Assembly (NCBI RefSeq): GCF_030867145.1
Contig: NC_134414.1
Span: 22,870,810 to 22,934,809 of the forward strand
Direction of reading: 5' to 3'
Source: Opisthocomus hoazin
Taxonomy: Eukaryota
DNA: 64,000 bases
Each line of letters starts with the position of its first letter. Positions within the stretch are counted from its first letter, which is position 1. The notes beneath the pieces are model-generated. The model ran no database searches. It was given only the letters and a program-made list of their open reading frames with translations, and was not told where the DNA came from. The position numbers and the translations under genes are program-made. Of this stretch, positions 11,484-23,600 are shown piece by piece.

Positions 11484-13372
11484 GTAAAGTTAATGTTTGT
11501 CCTAACACAGTTTAACAGTAAATACTTTTGGTAATCTAATAAAACAAAAGCATTTTTGTAGAGCTGATTTAGGGACTATGTACTGTATTTGAAATACAAA
11601 TACTACTCTTAGTTACTCTAGGCAGTGGTTTAATCCATTTTTTTTAATGTACTGTTATATCTAAACAGTAAATGCAGATGCCATCAGCATACAGTGCTAA
11701 ATGTGGCTCATCATCCTCTTCCATCGTTTGGCTCTTAAAACTGAGATCATGTGGTTGTCAACAGTAAGAGAAAAATTCCAGAAAGGAGAATGTGGCACTT
11801 GAATATTGCTGTGATTGACTTTTGTCATTTCATCACAGGACAGAAATAAAATAACCAGTTTGCAGTCTCCTTCCCCCAGCCTGTTCTGCACTGTTACTCC
11901 CTCCCATCACGAAGGAAATTTAAAAATTTTTTTTAAATTTTGTTTTCTAAGACCCTTAAAACAGTCTGTCCTCCTGTTAATATGTTTTTGTTTATATCAA
12001 ATAATTTCACCAGAGTTCCCCTTCCTAATAAGCTTGCTGTATTTATATATAGGCTGTTTTGTATGCAGAAGAGGTTACAAAAGCTTTTTTGTCCAAGACA
12101 ATGTGGTATTGTTCATCTTCTATCCTCTGCAAGGCTTAACAAGTGTGGGAAATTCACATTTTCTGTAAAGAAAATTATAACACACTTGTGGCCTCCTCAG
12201 CCACTTCAGTCCAAAATCTCTTCATAATTTGGCTGCCTCCATGAACCTCAGTTTTGACCTTCATTGTTTTTAAAGGTTTTATTAGTACTTGGTGCACAGC
12301 TGTACATACTTTCTAATTGGCAGCCTGCGGTGACTTACTCCAGTATTTGTTTTGCTGTGCAGATACAAAGAATAGGGTCTTCATTTCCAGTAACTTACTG
12401 GAACAAGTTTAGCCATGTGTGGATAAACATGTAGATGTGTTTATCAAGTCATTCTTATTTAACCTTGGGAGTAGGATCATACTTTTTAAAAGAGAGAGGG
12501 GAAAAAAAGCCTTGGCACGTAATTCCTTTCTCTGAGGTGCCGTGTGATTTTGGGGAGTTTTTTCTTTGGGAGGGCCAGGTGGATTAATTTATTTATTGAA
12601 GATTATGGATAGAAAGCACAGATGAAAGTTCAGAGCTGAGACAGATTTCAGAAGTTAACTTCTGAAAAGCCTCAGGAAGATAGAAATTTCTATCTCTGGT
12701 GCCTTTCCCTAATTTGTCCGAGTGAAGTTTTTGAAAACAAGCGACCGAGAGCATGTGTTTTCAAAGTAAAGCTTTCTTTAGACTTTCATGTACTTCTGGC
12801 AAATCTTCAGCTGACATGCCCTGAAATTCTTGATGTAAGTAACATTGAGCAGCCTTGGACACTTAGGCAGTTGCTAACAGTGATTGTTTAACATTTGGGG
12901 CAAATTCTGTTTACTGCACACCTGAAGTACCATTTGAACTGAGATTCTTAGAAACAGACACTTGGAAGTGTTACTTTAGTCATTCTGAGTACTTCTGCAG
13001 AAACCCAGGTAAGGAATTGCAGAAAAGTTTACAGTTGCTGAGCACCAGTAGATCAGATCCTTTCACAGAACTTTGAGGTTTGTTTTATCTATTTATTTAA
13101 TTTTTTTCAAATTAAGTCCACCTGGTAATCCTGAGTGGTGCTGCTTCTGTGGGATCACATGTAGTGTTGCCTCAGTAAAGATAAGATATTTATGGAGTGT
13201 GATGCTGAGTTTTGAGTTGTGTTAGCATTCGCAGAGAAAATACTTAAACTTGTTTTCTGAATTGTAACTTAGTTTGTGTTTTAATTCATTTCTGCACTTC
13301 TGCTTACTTTGGTGTTATGCTCTGTTCTAAAGGGGAATTTGTCGTTGTTCTGTCTTCTCACTTTCTGCACAG

Positions 13373-13527
13373 GCTTGTAAAAGAGGGAATTCTGATATCG
13401 TGCGGCTCATGATTGAAAGCGGAGCAGACTGTAACATTTTGTCAAAGCATCAGAACAGTGCGCTGCATTTTGCTAAGCAGTGTAACAACGTATTGGTGTA
13501 TGAGCAGCTCAAGAGTCATTTGGAAAC
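13373..13527 (+). CDS. MPHOSPH8: MPHOSPH8 coding exon 10 (ankyrin repeat): ACKRGNSDIVRLMIESGADCNILSKHQNSALHFAKQCNNVLVYEQLKSHLE plus 2 nt. Acceptor tttctgcacag|G, donor AC|gtgagt.
   Basis: Matches human ACKRGNSDIVRLVIECGADCNILSKHQNSALHFAKQSNNVLVYDLLKNHLET. The phase-2 donor completes T with the first nucleotide of the next exon. Confidence 0.9.
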
Positions 13528-14877
13528 GTGAGTAAACTGTACTTTGAAGTTTGTTCTGATCAAGTTTGCAATACTAGGCATGTCATAGTTTTGGTTGGAG
13601 TCAAGGCAAAGAGGGGGAGGTTTCAGGAAACAAAACAGATGTGATTTGGACAGAAAGCTAATTAATAAATCATGTGAAATGAAAATCATTTGAGCTAACA
13701 GAATTAGCAGCAGACACTTACTTAAACACTGAGTAAAAACATGGAAAGGAGGAGAAGGGAATTAACTAGAAGTGAAAGATTCCTCAAACTAGAAGTATAG
13801 CAATCGGGAGAACTAAAAAGCATATAAGCACTGAACAGTTGAATGTAAAGTCTTATTAGGGCATGCCGAATAAAATACCTTGCCAAAAAGCATAAAAAAA
13901 TCAGAAGCAAACACCAAACCATGAAGCAAAAACCACCATGAAAAGTCAGTGCAGATAGCTAGGGTGGTGTTGCAGCCTTAAACGTTAGTTGTAAGATGGA
14001 GGTGCCAGGGATAAAGCTTTCGTGCCAGTAAATGATGGAAATTAGAATCTTCATCATGCAGCAGAATGACTGAAGGACAGCACAGTGTGTTGTGAAGGGT
14101 TCATGTCATATGGTTATGTAAAAATATACTGAGCTGCTGGGTGCGGGTGGTAAATGGAGACAAACGTAAAGAGCAAGCTCTGAAATAACCACTTGGGAGG
14201 AATACTTAATGTATCAGGGCAGAAAATCGTAACCCACAATCTCTAAACTTGGAGATGACTCGAGGAGGGTCTCAGAGCTTGTGCAGCAGGTGAGATGTTG
14301 CCATGAATGCATAGTTAGTGCTGGAAGAACACTCTCAGTGTAAGACCCTTTTATTGGTTTATAATGATTTTATGCTAATGATTTGTCTATATAATGTAAG
14401 ACAGTCTGTCAGGTACTTTGTAGTCCAAGTTCATTCTCTTCTGTTTTAGTGTGTAGAAAGCCCTGCTGTTCTGTCTTTGATGTCTTGTGTTTCCCATCAG
14501 CTAACATCCTAAATCTGTCTTGACAGAAACTGCCTTGTAATGGTCACTGATACATGCTGTACTACTACCAATGTTCTTGCTCTATTTTAAATAGTTCTCT
14601 TTCCTTCAGAAACTTATTAAATACTAAATTTAAGCATGCTAAGTCTAAAAAGTAAGATCTGTAAGCAAACACTCCCGTATGATCATGGCAGCAGTGGTCA
14701 CAGTGGAGGTTAGGGAGCCCTTCTGCAAGGCAGAGAAATTTGTGGAACATTTGCAAAGTGAAATGTCAGGTAAACAATGGTTTTGTGCAAACCAGTAAAA
14801 TATAAATTAATAGATTTCCAGGGCAAGGTTGTATTTGCCTATAAATTCTAAAGAAACCCAGTTATGAAATTACAGAA

Positions 14878-15783
14878 TCACAACAAGACAGAATCATTGA
14901 GGTTGGAAGGGACCTCTGGAGGTCATCTTCTCCAGCCCCGCTCAAGCAGGGCCACCTAGAACCAGTTTCCCAAGGTGCTGTCCACAGAGCTTTTGAGTAT
15001 CTCCAAGGGTGGAGACCTCATAACCTCTCTGGGCAACCTGTGCCAGTACTCCATCCCCCTCACAGTAAAAATGCATTTCCTGATGTTCAGAGGGGACCTC
15101 CGGTGTTTTGGTTTGTGCCCATTGCCCCTTGTCCAGTCTCTGGGCACCACTGAGAAGAGGCTGGCTCCATCCTCTTTGCCTCCTCGTGTCAGGTGCTTAT
15201 TGAGATATACACATTGATACTATCCCCTAGAGCCTTCTCTTCTCCTGGCAGAACAGCCCCAGCTATCTCAGCCTTTCCTGGTATGTCAGATGCTCTGTTG
15301 CCTTCATAATCTTTGTGGCCCTTCACTGGACCGTCTCCAGTATGTCCATGTCTCTCCTTCGTGAGCAGCCTGGGCCTGGACGCAGCACTCCAGGTGTGGT
15401 CTCACAGTGACAAGTAGAGGGGAAGGATCCCCTCCCTCGACCTGCTGACAGTGCTCTGCCTAATGCAGCCAAGGGTAGCATTGGCCGCCATTGCAGCAAG
15501 GGCCCGTTGCTGGCTCATGTTTAGCCTGGTGTCCACCAGGTCCTTTTCTGCCAAGCTGCTTTCCAGCTGGGTGACTCCCAGCATGTCCTGGTGCCTGGAG
15601 TTTGTCCCTCCCCAGGTGTAGGACTCTGTACTTCTCCTGATTGAACTCCATGAGGTTCCTGTCAGCACGTTTCTCCAGCCTGTTGAGGTCCTGCTGGATG
15701 GGAGCACAACCCTCTTAGTGCATCAGCCACACCTCCCAGTTTGGTCTCCTCTGCAGACTTGCCAGGGGTGCACTCTGCCCCAT
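14878..15783 (-). mobile_element. 5'-truncated CR1 on the minus strand. Its 3' end is at about 14878 (antisense motif gaatcattgaggttggaagggacctctggaggtcatc). The ORF2 C-terminal region runs antisense up to about 15783.
   Basis: The reverse complement encodes …EKRADRNLMEFNQEKYRVLHLGRDKLQ…DLVDTRLNMSQQRALAAMAANATLGCIRQSTVSRSRE…, a CR1 ORF2 C-terminus with frameshifts. Confidence 0.85.
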
Positions 15784-16580
15784 CATGGCTGAGGCCAACT
15801 GTATGAAGTTCAGCAAGGCCAAGTGCCGGGTCCTGCACCTGGGTCACAACAACCCCCTGCAACACTACAGGCTTGGGGAGGAGTGGCTGGAAAGCTGTCT
15901 GGTGGAAAAGGACCTTGGGGTGTTGGTCGACAGCCGGCTGAACATGAGCCAGCACTGTGCCCAGGTGGCCAAGAAGGCCAATGGCATCCTGGCTTGTATC
16001 AGGAATAGTGTGACCAGCAGGAGTAGGGAGGTGATAGTGCCCCTGTACTTGGCACTGGTGAGGCCACACCTGAGTACTGTGTTCAGTTTTGGGCCCCTCA
16101 CTACAAGAAGGACATTGAGGTGCTGGAGCGTGTCCAGAGAGGGGCAACGAGGCTGGTGAAGGGTCTGGAGAACAAGTCTCATGAGGAGCGGCTGAAGGAA
16201 CTGGGTCTGTTTAGTCTGGAGAAGAGGAGGCTGAGGGGGGACGTTCTTGCTCTCTACAGCTACCTGAAAGGAGGTTGTAGTGAGGCAGGTGTATGGTCTC
16301 TTCTCCCAGGTAACTAGCGATAGGATGAGAGGCAATGGCCACAAGTTGCATCAGGGGAGGTTTAGATTGGATATTAGGAAAAATTTCTTTAGTGAAAGAG
16401 TGGTCAGGCATTAGAACAGGCTGCCCAGGGAGGTGGTGGAGTCCCCATCCCTGGAGGCGTTCAAAAAACATATAGATGTGGCACTTCGGGATACGGTTTA
16501 GTAGGCGTGGTAGTGTTGGGGTGACGGTTGGACTTGATGAGCTTAGAGGGCTTTTCCAACCTATGATTCTATGAATTTAT
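15784..16580 (+). mobile_element. 5'-truncated CR1 on the plus strand: ORF2 C-terminus [88 protein letters not shown]…[51 protein letters not shown]…[35 protein letters not shown]. The 3' end is …ggttggacttgatgagc…ttttccaacctatgattctatga.
   Basis: Textbook CR1 ORF2 C-terminal peptide motifs and the CR1 3' end, read directly from the sequence. Confidence 0.9.
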
Positions 16581-16860
16581 AATCATCCGGACTATTAATG
16601 AGATGTTAAACAGGACCAGACCCGGTATTGACCCTGGTGGTACACCAGTAGTGACTAGCTTCCAGCTAGACTATGTGCCACTGATTTTTGCTGAACTAAT
16701 GTGTTATGGTCCGGTTTCGTACTGGGAGGAAAATACTGTGATGCCAGTATTTTTGATGCACTGTAGAGTTTGTCTGAGGTATTGTAGATCACAGCATCTA
16801 ACTTCTGTCCTGAGCAGACAGAAGCTGTAAGTAATGTTTTCTTCTTATAGCAGGTTAAAT

Positions 16861-16874
16861 GGGGGGGGGGGGGG
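16861..16874. repeat. G14 homopolymer (C14 on the opposite strand).
   Basis: Read directly: aaatggggggggggggggaagtg. Confidence 0.95.
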
Positions 16875-17659
16875 AAGTGCTAAAAGCATAAAAACTAATA
16901 ACTTTTCAAACATAGAAAACTGGTTAAAGTGAGCAGGGGTAGATGAAGTGGATAAATGGAATGCGCTGATTCTTCCCCAGGGAAGGAAATCATGACTTGT
17001 GAGTTCAGGTTTTGAAGGCAACAGCAAGCATGCAGATAGGAGTGATCTGGTACCTGCTGTTCAGTGTGGTGAAACTGTGTCACTCATTCACTGTTTGATG
17101 CCCTTTCCAGTTTGTTTTCTATTTAAAATACGCTACCTTCAATTCTGGCTGATCTGCGTAATGAGTTCTGGAAGATTTTGAACACTAATTTTAACATGAT
17201 CATTAATTTTACCAGTGAAATGGCAGTTGAAATTAAATATTGATAAATTAAGTGTTCAAAATCTTCCAGAACTCATTGCATGGGATGTCCGTGGGGTATC
17301 GCTGTAGTAGTTTTAATTATATAGAGAGTAGCACAGCTCTTGCCAATTGAGGAAGCTTCTAGACTCATTAGCTGAAAACAGCAGTTCAGCGCTTCTTGGC
17401 AGTCAAAAAGGAAGATAATATAGGAGTAGTGGAGCTGAAAATAGTGTAAGCCCGTGGTGTCCAAACACCTTAAATAGCCATTCAGTTACCTTGTTCCAAA
17501 AACACATGAAGGAAAAAGGTAGAAGGAAAGTAAAGATGATCAGAGATGTGGAGTAGCATCTGTGAGGATGGACTGGGAGAAGTGATACACATCATCTTGG
17601 GACAGATGAAAAGGCGAAAATTTAAAACAAAATTGGAAAACAGCAACAAATAACCCGAA

Positions 17660-17965
17660 GCCATGAGGCTCAAGGGTGGGTGTCAGGAGGACGGGGCCAG
17701 ACTCTTTTCAGTGGTGCCCAGCGACAGGACAAGGGGCAATGGGCACAGAATGAAGCATAGGAAGTTCTGTCTGAAGACGAGGAAGAACTTCTTCCCTCTG
17801 AGGGTGACGGAGCACTGGAACAGGCTGCCCAGGGAGGTTGTGGAGTCTCCTTCTGTGGAGATATTCAAGACCCACCTGGACAAGGTCCTGTGCAGCCTGC
17901 TGTAGGTGACCCTGCTTCGACAGGGGGGTTGGACTAGATGACCCACAGAGGTCCCTTCCAACCCC
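17660..17965 (+). mobile_element. Short CR1 3' fragment in sense orientation: …[62 protein letters not shown], then ggttggactagatgacccacagaggtcccttccaacccctaccattctgtgattctg.
   Basis: ORF 17663..17905 carries CR1 ORF2 terminal motifs plus the 3' UTR motif. Confidence 0.9.
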
Positions 17966-19146
17966 TACCATTCTGTGATTCTGTTTGAAATGGAGGAATG
18001 TTCTTGCACAGTAGAACTGAATTGCAGATCTCATTGTTGCAGAATGCTGTTTTCACAAATGCTTGGGATTTTAGAAGGAATTAAGTAGATCTAAGGAGAG
18101 GTGCGACTGGGCTGCAGTCTCTAGTTTTGGATGCCTTTAAATCAGGTGGCTGGAAGCTAGGATGGAGAGTGTACTGAAAAAAGACAACTCTTAAATTTCC
18201 CATATTTGATACGGCTTTGTCTAGCATCTGGAAACTAGATGACTAGATGGGTTTCTGGGCTTGCTTTGGTGTGGCAATTCTTGTGGTTTCTTTCCAGTGA
18301 AACACTGAAGTTTTAGATTCTGCAGATGGTGATCATGGGTAGCGTGGAGGGGAAGTGTGCTCAGAAAGGTCTAAAGCTGAGGGAGTTGGGACCTTTGCCT
18401 TGTGAAAGCGTTTAAAACCCATTCGTGTCAAAACAGCTTTCTGAAGAGGGTTACTTAGTAACCTGCTTGTAAAAGCACCAAATACTGTTAGTGTGGTCTC
18501 TCTCCTCAAGGCTAGGCTGCTCGCTTAAACTGACACACACACACCCCCAACCCAGAAACCAGACAGAAAAGTCCAGTCTGGGTATTTAATGGTAGTGTTG
18601 ATCTCTTTCACTGCATTTTAGTAGAGTTAATTGGGAACTGTGTTTTTCCAATAGTGTTGTCAGTAAAATTATACAGTGACTTATTTATTTAGTTTCACAT
18701 TGTACTTGCAGTCAGGTTGATAAATCGGCCACGCTGGGGAGGTGGTTGGCCATTTCTGTTTAGCCAGTAGGTGCATGCTGATGTTTTGGGGACATCTGTC
18801 TGCATAAAGAGCCTTCAAAATAATGTGGCTAGTTGGAATTTTTTTTTTTTTTTCATCTGCTGCAGTGCATTTGTCTCAGCATTTTACTTTTGTGGGCCCA
18901 ACAGATGAATTTCACAAACAGCTCACTGATAAAATGTTTTAGTAACAATATATTGGGACTTGGGGTTCATCTGTGCATAAACGCTAGCGATGAAGACATT
19001 CACCCCTGAAAATGTGGAACCCAGGAAGGTAATCGGGAATCCAAAAAGGTGATCTGGAATCCTTTTGTGCATCAGCTCTCATTAAGCCTGTCTGGTAAAG
19101 TAGTTTTCCTGAGTGAAGTGCAGGCCTGCCTTGTTTGGTCTTTCAG

Positions 19147-19301
19147 GCTCTCAAGAGTAGCAGAAGATACCATCAGGGATTATTTTGAAGCTCGTCTTGC
19201 TTTGCTGGAGCCAGTCTTTCCAATCGCATGTCATCGTCTCTGTGAAGGGCCGGACTTTTCTACGGATTTTAACTACAAACCCCCACAAAATGTGCCAGAA
19301 G
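19147..19301 (+). CDS. MPHOSPH8: MPHOSPH8 coding exon 11: (T)LSRVAEDTIRDYFEARLALLEPVFPIACHRLCEGPDFSTDFNYKPPQNVPE plus 1 nt. Acceptor ggtctttcag|G, donor GAAG|gtaggg.
   Basis: Matches human LSRVAEETIKDYFEARLALLEPVFPIACHRLCEGPDFSTDFNYKPPQNIPEG. Confidence 0.9.
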
Positions 19302-20627
19302 GTAGGGGTTGTGGTGTTGTGGTGGGGTTTTTGTTTGTTTCTTTTTCTTAAAAAAAAGAGTAGAACAGTACTTTAAAAAACTGCCTTGTAAGTATGTCTT
19401 AAAGTATCTTCTATGCAAAATTGGTTTTGTATGACATTATATTGCGGTACATTACATTAAGGATGCTCTCACTATTGAATACAGGGAAAGGAGCAGTGCT
19501 TTGATGCATTGTGGGTGGGGTTTGTGTGTATCTTTTTATTTTTTTAAGAGGTTTTTTTCCCTTATCACATACACAGCTGCTGTCTTCTGTCATGGGTCAC
19601 GTTGACTTTGTGAGGGTTACATTAGCTAAGTGACAGGTAACATAGGAAAGGAATGGTTTACCTTAGAATTAATAATTTTGAAAAATCTTTAAGAGGGTAT
19701 GTAGAAAATCTGGTAGTGGATCATCTTGTTTTGTAAACCGTACCTGACACACTGGAGTCTTGGAATACAGTCACAGCACTGTCACAACACAAACGCAGTC
19801 TAGAAATACAGTGAAAAAGCAGTCAACTCTGTTGTGCCCACAGACCCTTTGGAGAAGCTGGGAATCAAATTCCCAAGATACTTGGGAATGTTACTCAGTT
19901 CTTTCAGGAATCCAGATACCAATCTCTGATGCGTGGCTTAGCCGAGTCATTTTTGTTCCCCTTTTGAGTATATCAGAGAAATACCTACTGATACTGATTT
20001 TTCTTGAAATAATACATTAGTGTGACTGAAATACTACTTAAATTAAGATTGAAAGTGGTTGTGTCTGCCCAGTTTACTGGTTGTTATGAGTTGTAATAGA
20101 AGTATTCCAGTTTTCATTATAGGTATCCTTTATAGAATTAAGACACCTTATTTAAGTTTATGTATTAAAATGAGGCATTTATGAGTGTTGAACATTGTTG
20201 AATTTCAGTGCAGTTCACAAAGATCTGTAATTGCATGGGCTCGGTTGTCACAACCAGGAGAATGGACAGTCCAAACCACATTAAATTCCGTAACTCTCTT
20301 CAGGTAAACCTAAAACCAGAGAGTGAACTGTGCTGACGATTGCCGTATCCATTTTGCTTTCCTTTCCAATAGCCACGTAAAATCATTTCCGCTGCCAGAA
20401 GCTCTCAGCTTAGCAACCAGCTCAGTTGTGTTCTGTGCTGGGATCCACTGGCGTGGGAGATTGGATTTCTGCTTGTAGCTTTGAAACTCCATTAGTGTTT
20501 AATATATACCCTATAATATTTATATATATTTTTATACCTAACTGTCATCAAATGTTCAGTGTACGCAGTTGTTCTAAATAACGGAACTTATTTCAAATTC
20601 ATGTGACTGAATTGCCTTCCCTTTCAG

Positions 20628-20755
20628 GATCTGGAATTCTTCTCTTTGTTTTTCATGCCAATTTCTTTGGTAAAGAAGTTGTTGCTCGGCTCTGTGGACC
20701 ATGCAGTGTACAAGCTGTGGTTTTAAATGACAAATTTCAGCTCCCTGTATTTTTG
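20628..20755 (+). CDS. MPHOSPH8: MPHOSPH8 coding exon 12: (G)SGILLFVFHANFFGKEVVARLCGPCSVQAVVLNDKFQLPVFL. Acceptor ttccctttcag|G, donor TTG|gtaaat.
   Basis: Matches human SGILLFIFHANFLGKEVIARLCGPCSVQAVVLNDKFQLPVFL. Confidence 0.9.
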
Positions 20756-20989
20756 GTAAATATTTTCGTATGACTGACTGTAAAACTGCCTTATAAGGCC
20801 TTCATGGAGCAGCCTGGGAAATCTTGGTGCCTTAATTTGCATTTTGAGTATTGTGATGAAGCTTTTCTTTTATCATGATAGGGTTAGTTTTTTTAAAAAA
20901 GAAACTGAACTCTTCTTTGTATATAGAGAGAACTACAAACCTTGCATATACTGGACTCAGTAAAAATTTATGCCTTAAGAGGCAGGGAC

Positions 20990-21110
20990 ATGGTGCTGGA
21001 CAGCCTGCTGCTAGGTGGCCGTGCTTGAGCACCAGATGGTCCCTGGTGGGACCAGATGACCTCCAGAGGTCCCTTCCAGCCTCGCCCCTTCTGTAATGCC
21101 GTGGCCTCAG
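20990..21110 (+). mobile_element. CR1 3'-terminal tip fragment in sense orientation (…gaccagatgacctccagaggtcccttccagcctcgcc…) in MPHOSPH8 intron 12.
   Basis: Contains the agatgacc…aggtcccttccaRcc motif. Confidence 0.6.
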
Positions 21111-21493
21111 AACTGAGGGTTTGGGGAGGCAGGTGAGAATGTGGAATTCAAAGCTGTTTTCCCTCCTCAGATTCACCTAGCCTCTCAAACTTTTGACCCA
21201 CGTTTGTTCTTAAATATAACTACTTAGCCTTGTTTTGACAACCTACCTCATATTTCCAATGATTAATTTCTATTTTTTGATTTATTTTTTTTTTTAATCT
21301 ATTTACTGCATCACCATGCACACTTTTTGAAGTCCTCTTCTTCTCTGTGTGGTTGCCCCGAAGGTTCTCTTCAGTATCCACAACTTTCTTTCCAGAAATG
21401 CGTAGTTAAAATGTTGTGTTCTTCTAGTCCACTCGCGTAGCACTTTCAGGCATATCCTGCCATTAACTTTGTCCATTTTCTTTTTCCTTTTAG

Positions 21494-21577
21494 GATAGTC
21501 ACTTTATTTATTCCTTCAACCCTACTGCAGGCCTTAACAGGCTTTTTATACGGTTGGCGGAAGCTCCTGCTGCCAAG
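21494..21577 (+). CDS. MPHOSPH8: MPHOSPH8 coding exon 13: DSHFIYSFNPTAGLNRLFIRLAEAPAAK. Acceptor ttttccttttag|G, donor AAG|gtacaa.
   Basis: Matches human DSHFVYSFSPVAGPNKLFIRLTEAPSAK. Confidence 0.9.
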
Positions 21578-22451
21578 GTACAAAATGCTCTCAAAATTAA
21601 ATGTGTAGGTTAAGTTGTTGTACAGTAACTCCTCCGTAGCCTAAATGCTTCCTCGCTTTATGTTGCAAATGTGAAACTTAAGACTTCCCAGTTCCCCTCA
21701 GTTACAGCTCCATCCTGTGGCATTGCCAGAACTCAGGAACATTCCCGAGGGTGTGTGTTCTGTCAGAATTAAGCGGGTTTATGCTGCAGTCAGAATAATT
21801 CATACACCAGAATAAAGTAATGTTACAGCTAAACGTGTTCCCCATCTATCTTGTGAATTTAATGACCAGCAGATACATGGAGTGGCAGTGATTTTTTTGC
21901 ATAGAGATGTGTTTGCTTCTGTGTTTAGGAGAACTGGGAGGTGTTTAATAGAATGTGCAGTCTGCTGTTAGGTAGCCTGTGTAGTCTGTTGTATTTTCCA
22001 AGTGGTTTGGGCAGTAGTCCCAGGGCACGTTGCCAGATGAACAACAGATCTTGTTCTGGCAGCAATTATTTTTATCTTTGGAAGATGTACCTGTAAATTT
22101 TCTAGATTTTCAGATTTAAAACTTATTGTGCCTTTTTTTTTTAAGGGACAAAATGAAACTGATACTCAGATACAAGTGTATGTGTATGTCTGGTTCAGAT
22201 TTGGGACTAACTTCTCTGAACACCACCTAATGCAGCAGTGTTCCACTTGAGTCCTTTTCCAAGCCTTTCACATTTCAGTAGGGCTGCTGTAAACAGATTT
22301 TAGTAAACACAGATTGTAAATGCCGCCTTTTCTTTCTTAGTCACTAGCAATTGTATGCCTTTTCTCGTGCTTTCCTTCTGTCAGAAGAAGTGTTTAACAC
22401 CGTAGGTGGATGTGAGCAATCTTTACCTGAAACCTCTGTTTACTTTTCTAG

Positions 22452-22493
22452 GTAAAGCTGCTAATCGGCGCCTACCGAGTGCAGTTGCAGTGA
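22452..22493 (+). CDS. MPHOSPH8: MPHOSPH8 terminal coding exon: VKLLIGAYRVQLQ plus TGA stop at 22491-22493. Acceptor tacttttctag|G. The 3' UTR continues downstream.
   Basis: Identical to the human MPP8 C-terminus VKLLIGAYRVQLQ. An in-frame stop follows. Confidence 0.9.
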   Translation, partial: VKLLIGAYRVQLQ

Positions 22494-23600
22494 CCTCACA
22501 GCTGCGGACATGAGTAGTGGACTGACACTTTCTTGGATTTACTTCCAATTCCTCTGTTTAGAGTCCGACAAAGCAGTTTGGAACTTTTTGGCACCGTACT
22601 CTTGAGTTCCCATCTCAGTGTCACTCGGTGGCAGTCACATAGTGTGTGTTGGCGAGCAGTTGGGTGTGCTGCACTGGTGGGACAGGGTTGTCAGCTTTTT
22701 TTACTTTGTACAGATGTAGATGTAAGTATTTGTGCCAATACAGATAATTCTGGTTTTCCTTAACTTGTGGAGTCCAGACTGCGTATTTCAGCTTTTCCAC
22801 AATGTGGAATGGTGCATATAAGAACTATTTAAGGTAACTACATGAAATGTCTTTTTTAATAGAAAGATCTTTTCCATTTGTAAACTAAAATTTTCTACTT
22901 ACTCTAACTGTACTGTTTCTATGTAAAATGCAGAACTGTCATATTCTTGGAGGCATGGGCAGAAGTTACATTTCGAAGTCACTGCGTTAGACATAACGTT
23001 GAATGGCTGAGGGCTGTGCTCTGACACTGTCTCCCGGCGAGCGGGCCGTGACGCTTGGCGTGGTTCCCTTCGAACAGACAGGCCGTTCGGTCTGCAGCTG
23101 CGAACAAAGGCATCTGAACGGGCGCAGTTCGTAGAGGATCGCGCTCAGATTCCTAGATGTAGCTGTGGTTTAAAACTACTTTCGTTTTAGAGAACCAACT
23201 GATAGTTTTACAGACATCTTAACTTTTGATTTCTTAGTCAAGTGACATATGGGAAAAGAAATACAAGCTGAAAATAGAAAACCAGAAAACTTGTAACTAA
23301 CTACCTTAAATGTGCAAGCAGTGCTTTTTGTAGACAAGAAGATGAGTAGAGGATTTCAGGTGTTCTCAGCCTGACAGATGAGGACATGTATTGCCCTTTA
23401 ATTCAGAAATTCACTTCCTCAGTGCAAAAAGCTGCTATCTTTTTTTTTGTTTTCCTATTTAAATGGCCTATTTTATCAGATGACAGTAGTTCTGTAATGG
23501 TCCTGTGCTCTAAAATACAAATTTAACACTTCTGTATAAAGTATGGTATATTTTTTTTGTAAATTAACCAACATCTTGAAAAGTAAAAAAAAAAAAAGGG
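22494..23600 (+). other. MPHOSPH8: Putative MPHOSPH8 3' UTR. No canonical AATAAA is present. A weak TATAAA lies at about 23533, followed by a genomic A13 run at 23588-23600. The true 3' end is uncertain.
   Basis: The sequence downstream of the stop codon was scanned for AATAAA/ATTAAA without success. Only the weak variant and an A-run were found. Confidence 0.35.
22985..23160. other. CpG-dense island: about 17 CpG in about 175 bp, set in otherwise CpG-depleted AT-rich sequence, about 0.5 kb downstream of the MPHOSPH8 stop codon.
   Basis: CpGs counted directly from the sequence. A recurring cgaac/gttcg motif gives several short stem-loops. Confidence 0.5.

Noticed and set aside
22985-23160. 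tRNA, snRNA or SINE identity for the CpG-dense island.
   Set aside because: The 'ttcgaac' segments do not sit in a GGTTCGAATCC-type T-arm context. No 7-bp acceptor stem or anticodon arm could be drawn. No similarity to U6, 7SK, 5S or 7SL sequences as I remember them. It is kept only as an unexplained CpG island in the findings.
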